54,052 nt of DNA, taken from positions 1-54,052 of the forward strand of contig JAYGDX010000029.1 of the NCBI GenBank assembly GCA_046582655.1. The letters run 5' to 3'. Of this stretch, positions 7,412 to 16,821 are shown piece after piece (the stretch's first letter is position 1; every line of letters begins with the position of its first letter). The notes beneath the pieces are model-generated. The model did not search any database and was not told the origin of the DNA. It saw only the letters and a program-made list of their open reading frames with translations. The position numbers and the translations under genes are program-made. Origin of the DNA: Candidatus Poribacteria bacterium (lineage in GTDB: Bacteria; Poribacteria; WGA-4E; UBA9662).

Positions 7412-7629
7412 GTCCTGTCCATGGAGAGGTTAACCTCTGTATATCATTATGTTATAATAAAGTTAACAGTTCGAGACCAACAGTACTCAGGAATCGGTCT
7501 GGGAGAGGTAGGAAGAAGACACACTTGACAACACAGACAGGGGTCTGATAGACTGTGTCCAGAAACCTTTGAAACCCTTACTGTATCAGGGAAAAATGGA
7601 ATAGTTATAATAGGTGGAATAGTCTGATG

Positions 7630-7659
7630 TTGACGTTTTCAGACAGAGTCTGCTATCAT
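7630..7659 (+). promoter_or_regulatory. sigma70-like promoter of the aldo/keto reductase gene
   Basis: TTGACG-18 nt-TATCAT with extended TG; palindrome CAGAC-aga-GTCTG in the spacer. Confidence 0.5.
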
Positions 7660-7714
7660 CAGAGTTCAAAAATATTTCTAGCTATCCATTCCTAATAGTG
7701 AAAGGATTCATTGA

Positions 7715-8536
7715 ATGAAATACCGTATACTTGGCCGTACTGGACTCAACGCCTCAGAAATCGGGTATGGAGGTGGACGCATCCGTTCAGGTCAAGATCC
7801 ACAGATAGTTATTGAGATACTGCATCAGGCTTTTGATGTCGGTTTGAATTTCATCGATACTGCACCAACTTATGGCGAGGGAACAAGTGAAACCATCATC
7901 GGCAAAGCTATTTCAGGGAAACGGGATCAACTTATCATTACCACCAAAACAGAAGCCTACGACCCAGAAGGTATCGTTTCCAGTGTAGAAAAAAGCTTAA
8001 AACGGCTCAATACCGATATAATTGATATCCTGCAATTTCATGGCGGTTGGTTTACATCTTCAGAAGCATCACAGGTATTGGATCAGGGCGGGTTAGAAAC
8101 ATATAAAAAACTAAAAAATCAGGGAAAAATTCGTTTCATCGGTTTCTCTGCAGATGGTCCTTCAACAGGCGTCGAACAGATGATTGCCACCGATGAATTC
8201 GATATAATGCAAATTCATTACAATCTGATGTACCAGAGTACCTGCGACTCGTTTGCCACTCGAGGTGTGATAGCCGACGCTGAAAGGCAAGAAATAGGGA
8301 TTATACTGATGCGTTCAACCACAAGCCAATCCTTTCAACGCCTGATGCATCACAGTTTTCCTGGTCAGATAGCGGAAGCTGAAATTGACAGTTTCCTGTT
8401 GAACTATGTGTTGTCTAATCCATTGGTCGATGTCGCTCTGATGAGTTTACAGAGTTCTAATGATATCATCTGGACAAATGCTGTTTCTGACGCAACGGAC
8501 ACACGCATTGATCTGCAAAAAATTCACGGTCGATAG
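7715..8536 (+). CDS. aldo/keto reductase
   Basis: MKYRILGRTGL..SEIGYG, GLNFIDTAPTYG.G.SE, SLKRL.TD.IDILQFH, GKIRFIGFS. Confidence 0.92.
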   Translation: MKYRILGRTGLNASEIGYGGGRIRSGQDPQIVIEILHQAFDVGLNFIDTAPTYGEGTSETIIGKAISGKRDQLIITTKTEAYDPEGIVSSVEKSLKRLNTDIIDILQFHGGWFTSSEASQVLDQGGLETYKKLKNQGKIRFIGFSADGPSTGVEQMIATDEFDIMQIHYNLMYQSTCDSFATRGVIADAERQEIGIILMRSTTSQSFQRLMHHSFPGQIAEAEIDSFLLNYVLSNPLVDVALMSLQSSNDIIWTNAVSDATDTRIDLQKIHGR

Positions 8537-8537
8537 G

Positions 8538-9626
8538 TCAAATAGAAGCTTGAAGTACAGCTAAGTAAGTTCGCCCAGTCAGTTTGAGGGTGCCGTTTTC
8601 CATCTGACCGCCAGAAAATCGACCTTCCAACTGTAACCTGATATAATCGGTTATCTGCAAATAGCTTCCCATGCTGATTTGCTTGACGGAGGATCGTCCT
8701 CGGCCTGATTCGTCACTAGCAATATAATAGTTACTAAATCTCGCTGATATGTCTAGCGTCGGCGTCATCGGATATCGCAGTCCAAAACCTAATTTTCTTG
8801 CATTCCTGTTGGTATTGCCCCTCTGAAAACCGAATTCAGTAACTGATGGATTCGGTTCACTCCACTTATGATCAAGAGAAAAATCGATTTGTGCTTTCAA
8901 AACACTTATCATTAAGCTTGAATACCACTCCAATTCTGATCCTTGTTCAAATGATTTGGTGCCGCCAATTCTATCGACACTATAGTTCCGATAGACGAGA
9001 GTATTTTGGTAAACGATCCAGTGTCTATCGATCTGGCTTCCCAAAAGGAACTGAATCTGATCACCAGGATCGTAACTAAATGTATTCTTTATAATATTAT
9101 AGCTACCTGTTCGCAGATAGTTCATTCCTGCACTCAGCAGAATTGATTTGAGTGTTATAGCACCTATCAGCGATGCATCCAGATCCAGTCCTCGTCCAAG
9201 ACGCGCAACATCAATCTCAAATATTTCATGATACAGCTTGTTGGCCAGATTTATCTCTCCAGCCTTCAGTATGTTCTTCCCAAGAGGCAGGGAGACACCT
9301 ATCGAAGTACGAAAATATCCAGTTGGTAATTGATAGTTGAATCTGATTTTTGTATCGCCCAATCCTCTGAGAGTTTGATCATTGCTCTTCATTGCCGCCA
9401 TTGATCTAGACGCCGATATCATGACATTGTCAACCACCGCACACTGAACAAATATCGGGAAAGAATTTTGACGAAACCAGCTAATCGTTTCCTGTTTTCG
9501 ATCAATCCTCCAATATTGAAAGACAACTTTTTGTTCAAAGCCATCGAGGTTCGACGATATAGATACAACTGGAAAAATGAAGCCGATAGTCAAGGCTGAA
9601 ATGCAAATAATCCATCGCTTATTCAT
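8538..9626 (-). CDS. putative outer-membrane beta-barrel protein
   Basis: Signal peptide; GLGDTKIRFNY and GVSLPLGK motifs of MetA-pathway-like barrels; amphipathic strands to the C-terminus. Confidence 0.6.
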   Translation of the reverse strand: MNKRWIICISALTIGFIFPVVSISSNLDGFEQKVVFQYWRIDRKQETISWFRQNSFPIFVQCAVVDNVMISASRSMAAMKSNDQTLRGLGDTKIRFNYQLPTGYFRTSIGVSLPLGKNILKAGEINLANKLYHEIFEIDVARLGRGLDLDASLIGAITLKSILLSAGMNYLRTGSYNIIKNTFSYDPGDQIQFLLGSQIDRHWIVYQNTLVYRNYSVDRIGGTKSFEQGSELEWYSSLMISVLKAQIDFSLDHKWSEPNPSVTEFGFQRGNTNRNARKLGFGLRYPMTPTLDISARFSNYYIASDESGRGRSSVKQISMGSYLQITDYIRLQLEGRFSGGQMENGTLKLTGRTYLAVLQASI

Positions 9627-10834
9627 TGAAGTTCAACCCGAATTGGGATATCAGTGCCCGGAAATCTCTGGTCACCGTTACCACGAACAGTTGGCGGTTC
9701 AAAGTGGAGGTCCATGGTTCGTAGCAATTTTTGGCGGTCACTGAGTATCCGCTCCCGCTGCTCAACAATTTTCCCTGCATTTATTTTCTTCTGGAACTTT
9801 TTTTGGTATTTGACTAATTTCCGTGTCTGTTCTAGAAAAGTTCTTGCACGTGAAAATCCTACGGATCTGGTACTGGCACGGCGGAATTTTTGAATCGCTT
9901 TACTATATTCCCCCCTATCGAGATGGTACCGTCCTTTGGCAAAATCCAAAAGTGTGAGTATACTTCTGTTATCGGATTTACCGGCAATTGTGTCAGTTAG
10001 ATTCTTAACCTGTTTTGCTAGATCAACTTCTGTGCCAATGATGAGATCGAATTCACGGATTTGCCCGATTTCCGCTTTCACTAGCGTCAGGTTTAGTTGA
10101 AATTGGTTTTCGTGTTTAGTTTGCATTAAGGTTCCAATGACCGCCGATCCAGCTCCCATCCGATTCGCAATCTCCGCACCGAGTGTAATGTCAACTAAGT
10201 TTTCATCAGGTGCTATCTTTCTAGCCACATCTTGAACAACAAGAAAATCAGTCTTTTGGGGATTAGCAAACAATTCGCTCATCAGATAACTTAAACTGCT
10301 TGATACTTCAGCAGAACGCCAATTCCCTACTAAGTCAGCAATTGGCATAACTGCGATCAACTGGCCGTCAACCTCAACCTGATCAGAGATCATAATTTTA
10401 ATATCCTGTTGACGTTTCTCAGACATCAACTCAAGCAGGTAAAAATCAATAATCTGCCGAATACGAACGCTATCTATATATGGTAATATCTGGTCGGCTA
10501 TTTCTTTAACCAGTTGATAATCCCGTAATCGGTATCCAATTGAGGTCAGGTAGGCACCAGCTTTAATATCCGTACGATCAAGGCCGAACGCACGTGACAG
10601 CGCTAACCTCGATTCTTCATATTTCCCCAAGTTATAATAGGAAATCCCCAACTGTTGCCAAGCCAATTGGTTATTGGGTTCGTCCCGTACCGCTGCACTG
10701 AGATTAAAGGCAGCTTCATTATATTCACTCCGATTAAATGCCCACGTTCCATAGTAATTTCGACTGACAATACAACCATTTAAGAGAAAAAACAGTGCCA
10801 GTAATTGATAATAAAAAAATAAATGCTTTATCAT
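9623..10834 (-). CDS. TPR lipoprotein with CsgG/TolB-N-like domain
   Basis: Lipobox LNGC; TPR (AWQQLGISYYNLGKYEES); IAVMPI...GA..AVIGT domain; second TPR. Confidence 0.75.
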   Translation of the reverse strand: MIKHLFFYYQLLALFFLLNGCIVSRNYYGTWAFNRSEYNEAAFNLSAAVRDEPNNQLAWQQLGISYYNLGKYEESRLALSRAFGLDRTDIKAGAYLTSIGYRLRDYQLVKEIADQILPYIDSVRIRQIIDFYLLELMSEKRQQDIKIMISDQVEVDGQLIAVMPIADLVGNWRSAEVSSSLSYLMSELFANPQKTDFLVVQDVARKIAPDENLVDITLGAEIANRMGAGSAVIGTLMQTKHENQFQLNLTLVKAEIGQIREFDLIIGTEVDLAKQVKNLTDTIAGKSDNRSILTLLDFAKGRYHLDRGEYSKAIQKFRRASTRSVGFSRARTFLEQTRKLVKYQKKFQKKINAGKIVEQRERILSDRQKLLRTMDLHFEPPTVRGNGDQRFPGTDIPIRVELQ

Positions 10835-11637
10835 TTTTTTATTCCAAGGGAGATTTCTGCACGATCTATTAGCTCAGCAATTGATTCATAGTTATCAATC
10901 AGCTTTCCATTTGCTTTTTCAACCCTAAGCCGATTGTTGCCTAGCAAGCGGATTTTGCTTTCTCCTACCTGTTTAGCCCAAAACCGAACCACCGCGATTT
11001 CACCAGAGTTTTTAATTTTACCAGACTCAAGTTGTGTTATACCGATATTGAGTTTTCCGGGGGGATGGTTCTCGAACTCATAATCGGATATCATTAGAAT
11101 CTTGTCATCCCATAATTCACCCTCTATCACATCGGTGACTTGCAGGAATTCGGGATCATACTCAATTTCAAAAGCAACAGCAAATACATCTTCTGCATAC
11201 CGCAACAAAACCTGTATGCCAAAGGTTTCACCCACTCTCACAATATTACCAATCATCTTCAGTCTAATCATTGGCATAATCGGATCTAGATTGATATCTA
11301 TCGGTATTTTATCAGTAAAAGATACCCCCGCATCACCATCAAAAATCAGTTGATTATCTTTGTCATAGGCCTCAACCCGAATTTCTTCGGCATCAATTGG
11401 AATAGCGAAATCGAGGAAAACTTCCGTAATATTGTCTTTAATTAAGAATTCTTGGGGTAAGAGCTTTCGACCACTTCCTTCAATAAAAACGAGGATTCGC
11501 GAAATTTGAGATTTACCGTCTTCTGGCAGGGAAATTCGTATTTGAGGGATAGAAAGGATGTCAGATTGATCAGGATCTAAACGGCAACCAATGATAAAAA
11601 CAATCAACAGCAAGTAAACGATCCAAATTCTTTTCAT
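10831..11637 (-). CDS. cohesin-domain lipoprotein
   Basis: Lipobox IIGC; VGETF.I.V......DVFAVAFEIEYDPEFLQV..V.EG...SGEIAVVRF.AK..G.S.I.L. Confidence 0.8.
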   Translation of the reverse strand: MKRIWIVYLLLIVFIIGCRLDPDQSDILSIPQIRISLPEDGKSQISRILVFIEGSGRKLLPQEFLIKDNITEVFLDFAIPIDAEEIRVEAYDKDNQLIFDGDAGVSFTDKIPIDINLDPIMPMIRLKMIGNIVRVGETFGIQVLLRYAEDVFAVAFEIEYDPEFLQVTDVIEGELWDDKILMISDYEFENHPPGKLNIGITQLESGKIKNSGEIAVVRFWAKQVGESKIRLLGNNRLRVEKANGKLIDNYESIAELIDRAEISLGIKK

Positions 11638-12589
11638 TCGATTGAAGCACCAAAATTGTCCGCTTTAGTGATAAAGCAGCTTCCCCGGTTCGAAAGTAGA
11701 AAATGTTTTGTGCGTTGGTAGAGCTCATCCATAGTTTCACTGAAAGCAAATACAGCTGGTCCCCAACTACTAACACCAGCGCCGATGGCCCCATTTTCAA
11801 GAAGAAAATCAATGGTGCTTTGCAAGACTTCACCTCGTGCATCAATCTCTACCCTCTTCCAACCAAACGTTTGAATTTGGTTAACAGCATCACAAAAAGC
11901 ATACAAATCTGCTTCAAACACAGCAGGTATCATCTTCATTAAAATGAGATGCGATAAACGGCCAGCCGTATATTCTGGTTGGGGACAAAGCGTTTTAAAG
12001 AGATTTATCTCGATTTCACCTGATATTTGATCGCAATTGGGAATAACAATTAATATGTTCCAGTCGGGGAAATCATGACGAATCAGTAAAGGCGGAGGGG
12101 CTACCTCCTCAGCAGCAGACGAAGGTAAGAAAGATGATTTTTGGTCCGGGTATTTATGTCCGCCATCAAGGATGAATCCTCCTTGTGCAAAAGCGGTGAT
12201 TCCGACTCCAGATGTGCCACCGCGACCAACGGCTATTGCTAGTTCTTGAATGCCTTGCTTCAGGTTGTAAAGTTCGTTGACCGCTTGAGCGATGCCCAGT
12301 GAGATTTGAGTACCAGATCCAAATCCAAAGTGTGCTGGGATCTCTGAAACAACATCAAGGCTGATGCCAGGAAAATCGTATTTTTTTTTAACTTCTCAAC
12401 GATTTTTCTGGCACGATTGGCGTATTGATTGGAATTGATTAAAACACTGTTTGCCTTTTGGGCGATAATGCGAAACTCAGGTTGGGCGATTGCTAAACCA
12501 ACGCTACCATCAATTCGCCCTAGTTTTCCACTCAGATCGATCAACGAAAAATGGAGTCGTGATGGTGTTCGTATGGCAATCCGGCTCAT
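11634..12589 (-). pseudogene. mptG: beta-ribofuranosylaminobenzene 5'-phosphate synthase (GHMP kinase fold), frameshifted in an A9 run
   Basis: TPSRLHFSLIDL.G.LGRIDGSVG; after the shift IPAHFGFGSGTQ, GRGGTSGVG..AF..GGFILDGGH, GAGVSSWGP; one A missing at 12381-12389. Confidence 0.85.
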
Positions 12590-13272
12590 GATGAGTTAAT
12601 TTTTTCATCCTTCGAAATTAATCCATCTCGTAACTGAATAACACGCTGAGCATACTGAGCGATTTCCTGGTCGTGCGTTACCATAACAAGGGTACTTCCC
12701 TCCTCACTAAGCCGTTCAAAGATTGCCATAATTTCTCCACTCGACTTAGTGTCCAAATTCCCTGTTGGTTCATCCGCAAATATGAGCGAGGGATTATTAA
12801 CTAACGCGCGCGCAATGGCGACCCTCTGTATCTGACCACCGGATAATTCGTTCGACTTGTGACCTACCCGGTCGGCCAAACCGACAGCTTCCAGCGATTC
12901 AAAAGCCTTCTTTCGGCGTTCTTTTCGACTTGTTCCTCCATATATTAATGGCAGTTCAACATTGTGAAGTGCCGTTGTCCTAGGAAGAAGATTAAAAGAT
13001 TGAAAGACAAACCCAATTTTCCTGTTGCGAATTTCAGCCAATCGATTGTCCGATAGGTCACTAACTTCCTCATCTTCAAGATAATATTCACCACTTGATG
13101 GTGAGGCTAGACATCCCATAATATCCATCATTGTCGATTTCCCTGATCCCGATGGCCCCATAACTGCAATAAACTCACCTTTCTCAACGGTGAATGAAAC
13201 ACCTCTTAGCGCTTTAACTTCAATGTCCCCCATTCGGTAAGTCTTGGTAATATCACGTATATCAATAATCAA
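12586..13272 (-). CDS. ABC transporter ATP-binding protein, LolD/MacB-like
   Basis: GPSGSGKST, IGFVFQSFNLL, LSGGQ, ADEPTGNLD, VTHD. Confidence 0.95.
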   Translation of the reverse strand: MIIDIRDITKTYRMGDIEVKALRGVSFTVEKGEFIAVMGPSGSGKSTMMDIMGCLASPSSGEYYLEDEEVSDLSDNRLAEIRNRKIGFVFQSFNLLPRTTALHNVELPLIYGGTSRKERRKKAFESLEAVGLADRVGHKSNELSGGQIQRVAIARALVNNPSLIFADEPTGNLDTKSSGEIMAIFERLSEEGSTLVMVTHDQEIAQYAQRVIQLRDGLISKDEKINSS

Positions 13273-13296
13273 TGCAGAGGACCTCCATCCTAAATT

Positions 13297-14235
13297 TTAC
13301 AATTGTTTAACTGGATTTGACAGCTTACCTAGACCATCGATCTCAATCTCAACGATATCACCATCTGCGAGAGGCATGTCTTCAGGTGTAATAATGCCAG
13401 TACCAGTCGAGACAACGGTACCATGCGGGATTGGATTGTCACGCCGCAGGAATTCCGTTAAGGTTTCAAACTTCCAATTTATCTGTGAGGTATTAACTTC
13501 GCCTTGGTATGCCAATTGGCCGTTACGAAATATTTGACATTTGATGTTCAGATGATAAGGATCATCTACCTCAGATGGGGTTACGAACATCGGGCCAATG
13601 GCACAACATCCGGTAAAGATCTTCGACTGTGGTAAATAGAGTGGATTCTCGCGCTCAATATCCCATGCCGAGACATCATTACAGATCGTATAGCCAAGAA
13701 TTTCACCATTGACTCCAAGAATGTATGCGAGTTCTGGTTCAGCAGCAGTAAAAGTAGAATCGCTCCGAATACTAATTGCCCCATTTGGTCCAGTGCATCG
13801 TGTCGCTGTTCCTTTGAAGAACATTTCTGGGCGTTCGGCATGATAAACTCTGCTATAGATATTCTGATCACTATCCTTATCACGCATATCAGCACTTCGT
13901 TTATAGGTTACGCCAAAACCCCAAGCTTCAGGTGGATCTAGCGGCATCAAAAGATGAAGTGTGTCTGGGTCAGGATGATTATCCAGATCAGCAAATTTCA
14001 GCTTATCATTGTCCCCTTCGTTATCAGGCCCAAACACCAGGACATCGTCTTGTGAAACTTCCTCCTGTACATCGGCAAGAATTACACCAATACTAATCCC
14101 TTCGTTGTTAGCCAGCTGGAGAAGTTGGAGAACATCAGGAGTTTCCTCACTTGTGACATCGATAATTTCTTCATCTCGAGTTACAACTCCAACCCGCTTA
14201 CCGAGACCAGGTTGATGAAATTGTATGAGCTTCAT
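13297..14235 (-). CDS. fumarylacetoacetate hydrolase family protein (2-keto-3-deoxy-pentonate dehydratase-like)
   Basis: WGFGVTYKRS, ERPEMFFK, EPEL, GYTICNDVSAWDIERENPLYLPQSK, STGTG. Confidence 0.88.
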   Translation of the reverse strand: MKLIQFHQPGLGKRVGVVTRDEEIIDVTSEETPDVLQLLQLANNEGISIGVILADVQEEVSQDDVLVFGPDNEGDNDKLKFADLDNHPDPDTLHLLMPLDPPEAWGFGVTYKRSADMRDKDSDQNIYSRVYHAERPEMFFKGTATRCTGPNGAISIRSDSTFTAAEPELAYILGVNGEILGYTICNDVSAWDIERENPLYLPQSKIFTGCCAIGPMFVTPSEVDDPYHLNIKCQIFRNGQLAYQGEVNTSQINWKFETLTEFLRRDNPIPHGTVVSTGTGIITPEDMPLADGDIVEIEIDGLGKLSNPVKQL

Positions 14236-14248
14236 TCTATCTCCTCAC

Positions 14249-14728
14249 TTAGCATTCCGGGCTATAAAGGATTCCATCGTCGATCCGCTGATATTCATTT
14301 AATTCACTTGGATCAAATAAAATTGCTAACTCGCGTGCCGCATTCTCAACCGAGTCAGATGCATGCACAACATTACGCGTAATATCAATTGAGTAGTCTC
14401 CGCGGATACTACCCGGTTGGGCTTCTGTAGGTTTCGTTGCTCCATTTATCATACGAACGATATCAATAGCATTTACACCCTCCAGACAAATGGCAACAAT
14501 GGGACTTGAGGTCATAAACTCAATCAAATAATTGTAAAAGGATTTTCCATGGTGGGGTTGGTATAATTCCTTCGCTTTTTCACTGGGGAGGTTAAACAAC
14601 TTCAATCCAACTAATTTTAAACCTTTATGTTCAAAACGACGAACCACCTCGCCGACTAATCCTCTTTGAACAGCATCAGGTTTGATGATAACCAAAGTTC
14701 TGTGTATATCTATCAAATCACTATCCAT
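14249..14728 (-). CDS. ndk: nucleoside diphosphate kinase
   Basis: RTLVIIKPDAVQRGLVGE, GATKP..AQPGSIRGD, NVVHASDS. Confidence 0.97.
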   Translation of the reverse strand: MDSDLIDIHRTLVIIKPDAVQRGLVGEVVRRFEHKGLKLVGLKLFNLPSEKAKELYQPHHGKSFYNYLIEFMTSSPIVAICLEGVNAIDIVRMINGATKPTEAQPGSIRGDYSIDITRNVVHASDSVENAARELAILFDPSELNEYQRIDDGILYSPEC

Positions 14729-15911
14729 TCAACGCCTTTTTTATTCGATCAAGCCCACGGTTAATTTCTACTTCAGAGGTGGCAAAGGACAAGCGCATAT
14801 TTTTGTCCGCGCCAAATCCAACTCCCGGGACAACACCGACTTTGACACACTCAAGTAAGAAATTAGCCAAATCTTGTGAACCTTTAATCTGAAAACCATC
14901 AATTGTACGACTATAATGGTCAGAGAAATCCGGGAAAATATAGAATGCTCCTTGCGGTTTAACGTAAGTAACACCATCAATTCCGTCGAACCGTTCGCAA
15001 ATCAGATCTCGCCTCTTTTCAAAGGCAACACGCATACTCTCGACCGCTTCCTGAGAACCGGATATGGCCGTTAATGCTGCTTTTTGGGCGATGGATGTTG
15101 GGTTTGAAGTGCTATGGGACTGGATTCTGCTCATCGCCGATATTGCGTCCTCTGGTCCTGCTGCATACCCGATACGCCATCCGGTCATAGAATAGGCTTT
15201 GGAAACACCATTCACCACAAACGTAATCGCCTTAATATCATTATTAAAGGTAGCAATAGAACAATGTTGATAACCATCATATAAAAGCGATTCGTAAATT
15301 TCATCGGAGATAATATAAAATCTTTTGTCGACAGCCAAATCCGCTATTTCCCGAAGTGCCTCACTGTCGTAAATAGTGCCAGTAGGATTACTTGGGCTGT
15401 TGATAATAACGGCCTTTGTTTTGTCAGTTACCTCCGTTGCAATTTGATCAACTGTTAAACAGAAATTCTGGTTAGCAGTTGTTTCAACAATGATGGGAAT
15501 ACCACCAGCCAGTTTAACTATTTCAATGTAGCTAACCCAGTAGGGGGCAGCAAAAATAACTTCATCTCCTGGATTACAGATCGCTTGTAGGATATTGTAA
15601 ATGGTATGTTTAGCACCACAATTAACAATAACCTCAGACAGTTTATACCTTAGGTTATTATCATTCCCAAATTTTGTGACGATCGCGTTTCTGAGTTCGA
15701 TAATACCAGCCACCGCTGTATATTTTGTGAAGCCTGCCTGGATTGAATCGATCCCTGCTTCCTTAATGTGTTCAGGTGTGTCGAAGTCTGGTTCACCCGC
15801 ACCGAATTTGATTATATCTAAACCATCAGCAACCATCTGATTAATCTTTGCCGTGATTGCCAACGTGGAAGATGCAGCAACCTGTTTGCCTCGCTCAGAG
15901 AGTGATAACAT
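14721..15911 (-). CDS. aspC: aspartate aminotransferase-like class I/II PLP enzyme
   Basis: GEPDFDTP, NSPSNPTG, SDEIY, SKAYSMTGWRIGY. Confidence 0.9.
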   Translation of the reverse strand: MLSLSERGKQVAASSTLAITAKINQMVADGLDIIKFGAGEPDFDTPEHIKEAGIDSIQAGFTKYTAVAGIIELRNAIVTKFGNDNNLRYKLSEVIVNCGAKHTIYNILQAICNPGDEVIFAAPYWVSYIEIVKLAGGIPIIVETTANQNFCLTVDQIATEVTDKTKAVIINSPSNPTGTIYDSEALREIADLAVDKRFYIISDEIYESLLYDGYQHCSIATFNNDIKAITFVVNGVSKAYSMTGWRIGYAAGPEDAISAMSRIQSHSTSNPTSIAQKAALTAISGSQEAVESMRVAFEKRRDLICERFDGIDGVTYVKPQGAFYIFPDFSDHYSRTIDGFQIKGSQDLANFLLECVKVGVVPGVGFGADKNMRLSFATSEVEINRGLDRIKKALNG

Positions 15912-15932
15912 AAAGTCTCCCCAAAAATTTAT

Positions 15933-16793
15933 TTATTTTTTTAAAGTCTCAGAAAATTCATTAAGGATCATCTTCTGACGATCAGTCAATCTTTTGGGTA
16001 CTTCAACTCTAACCTGAACACGCAGATCGCCCTTTCTCCCCTTATAATCCGTAATACCATGCCCACGCAGACGCAGTTGTTGCCCGGGTTGTGTACCTGC
16101 TGGAATTTTTAGATCCATATCATTTTTTAAGGTAGGGATACGAACTTTTCCACCCAAAGCTGCAAGTGTGAAAGGGATTTTTGCTGTAGTTACCACATCC
16201 AAATTCTCACGTTGAAAGTTAGAATGTGGTTGAACAAAAATCTCAAGTAGCAGAGTCCCACGCTCGCCATTGCCGACATTCTGCCCCTGATTTTTGAGGT
16301 TTAGTTTGTCTCCATTCTTAATGCCAGCTGGGATTTTTACCTTAATGGCTCTGCCGTTAACTTGGATTTGCTTCTCAGTGCCGAGTGCGGCATCCTCAAA
16401 AGAAATTGGCAACTTTGCTTGCATATCGCCACTTGGTTGACGACGACCACCACCAAAAACATCGCCGAAAGCCTCACCAAAATCTCCGAACCCACCACCA
16501 CGTCCAAAGATATCGGAGAAATGGGAAAAAATATCTTCGGGACTTTTGAATCCCTGAAAGCCTGAATTGTTTATGCCGGTATGACCATGCATGTCGTAGA
16601 TCTTTCGCTTGTCGGGATCTGATAGCACTTCGTATGCGTTAGAAGCCTCTTTAAATTTGCTTTCAGCAACTTTATTACCCGGATTTTTATCCGGATGAAA
16701 TTTAAGTGCGATTTTCCGATAAGCTTTTTTAATCTCATCAGGCGAAGCTGACTTGTTAACGCCAAGCACTTCGTAGCAATCTCGTTCTGCCAT
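15933..16793 (-). CDS. DnaJ class II chaperone (J domain plus C-terminal domain, no zinc finger; CbpA-like)
   Basis: HPD motif, AYEVLSD, G/F-rich linker, KIPAG repeats. Confidence 0.92.
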   Translation of the reverse strand: MAERDCYEVLGVNKSASPDEIKKAYRKIALKFHPDKNPGNKVAESKFKEASNAYEVLSDPDKRKIYDMHGHTGINNSGFQGFKSPEDIFSHFSDIFGRGGGFGDFGEAFGDVFGGGRRQPSGDMQAKLPISFEDAALGTEKQIQVNGRAIKVKIPAGIKNGDKLNLKNQGQNVGNGERGTLLLEIFVQPHSNFQRENLDVVTTAKIPFTLAALGGKVRIPTLKNDMDLKIPAGTQPGQQLRLRGHGITDYKGRKGDLRVQVRVEVPKRLTDRQKMILNEFSETLKK

Positions 16794-16821
16794 ATCTCAG
16801 TTCAACTAATCTGGACAATAT

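Noticed and set aside
7430..7460. dif-like site (ttatgttata resembling the XerD arm)
   Set aside because: No plausible XerC arm at the correct spacing.
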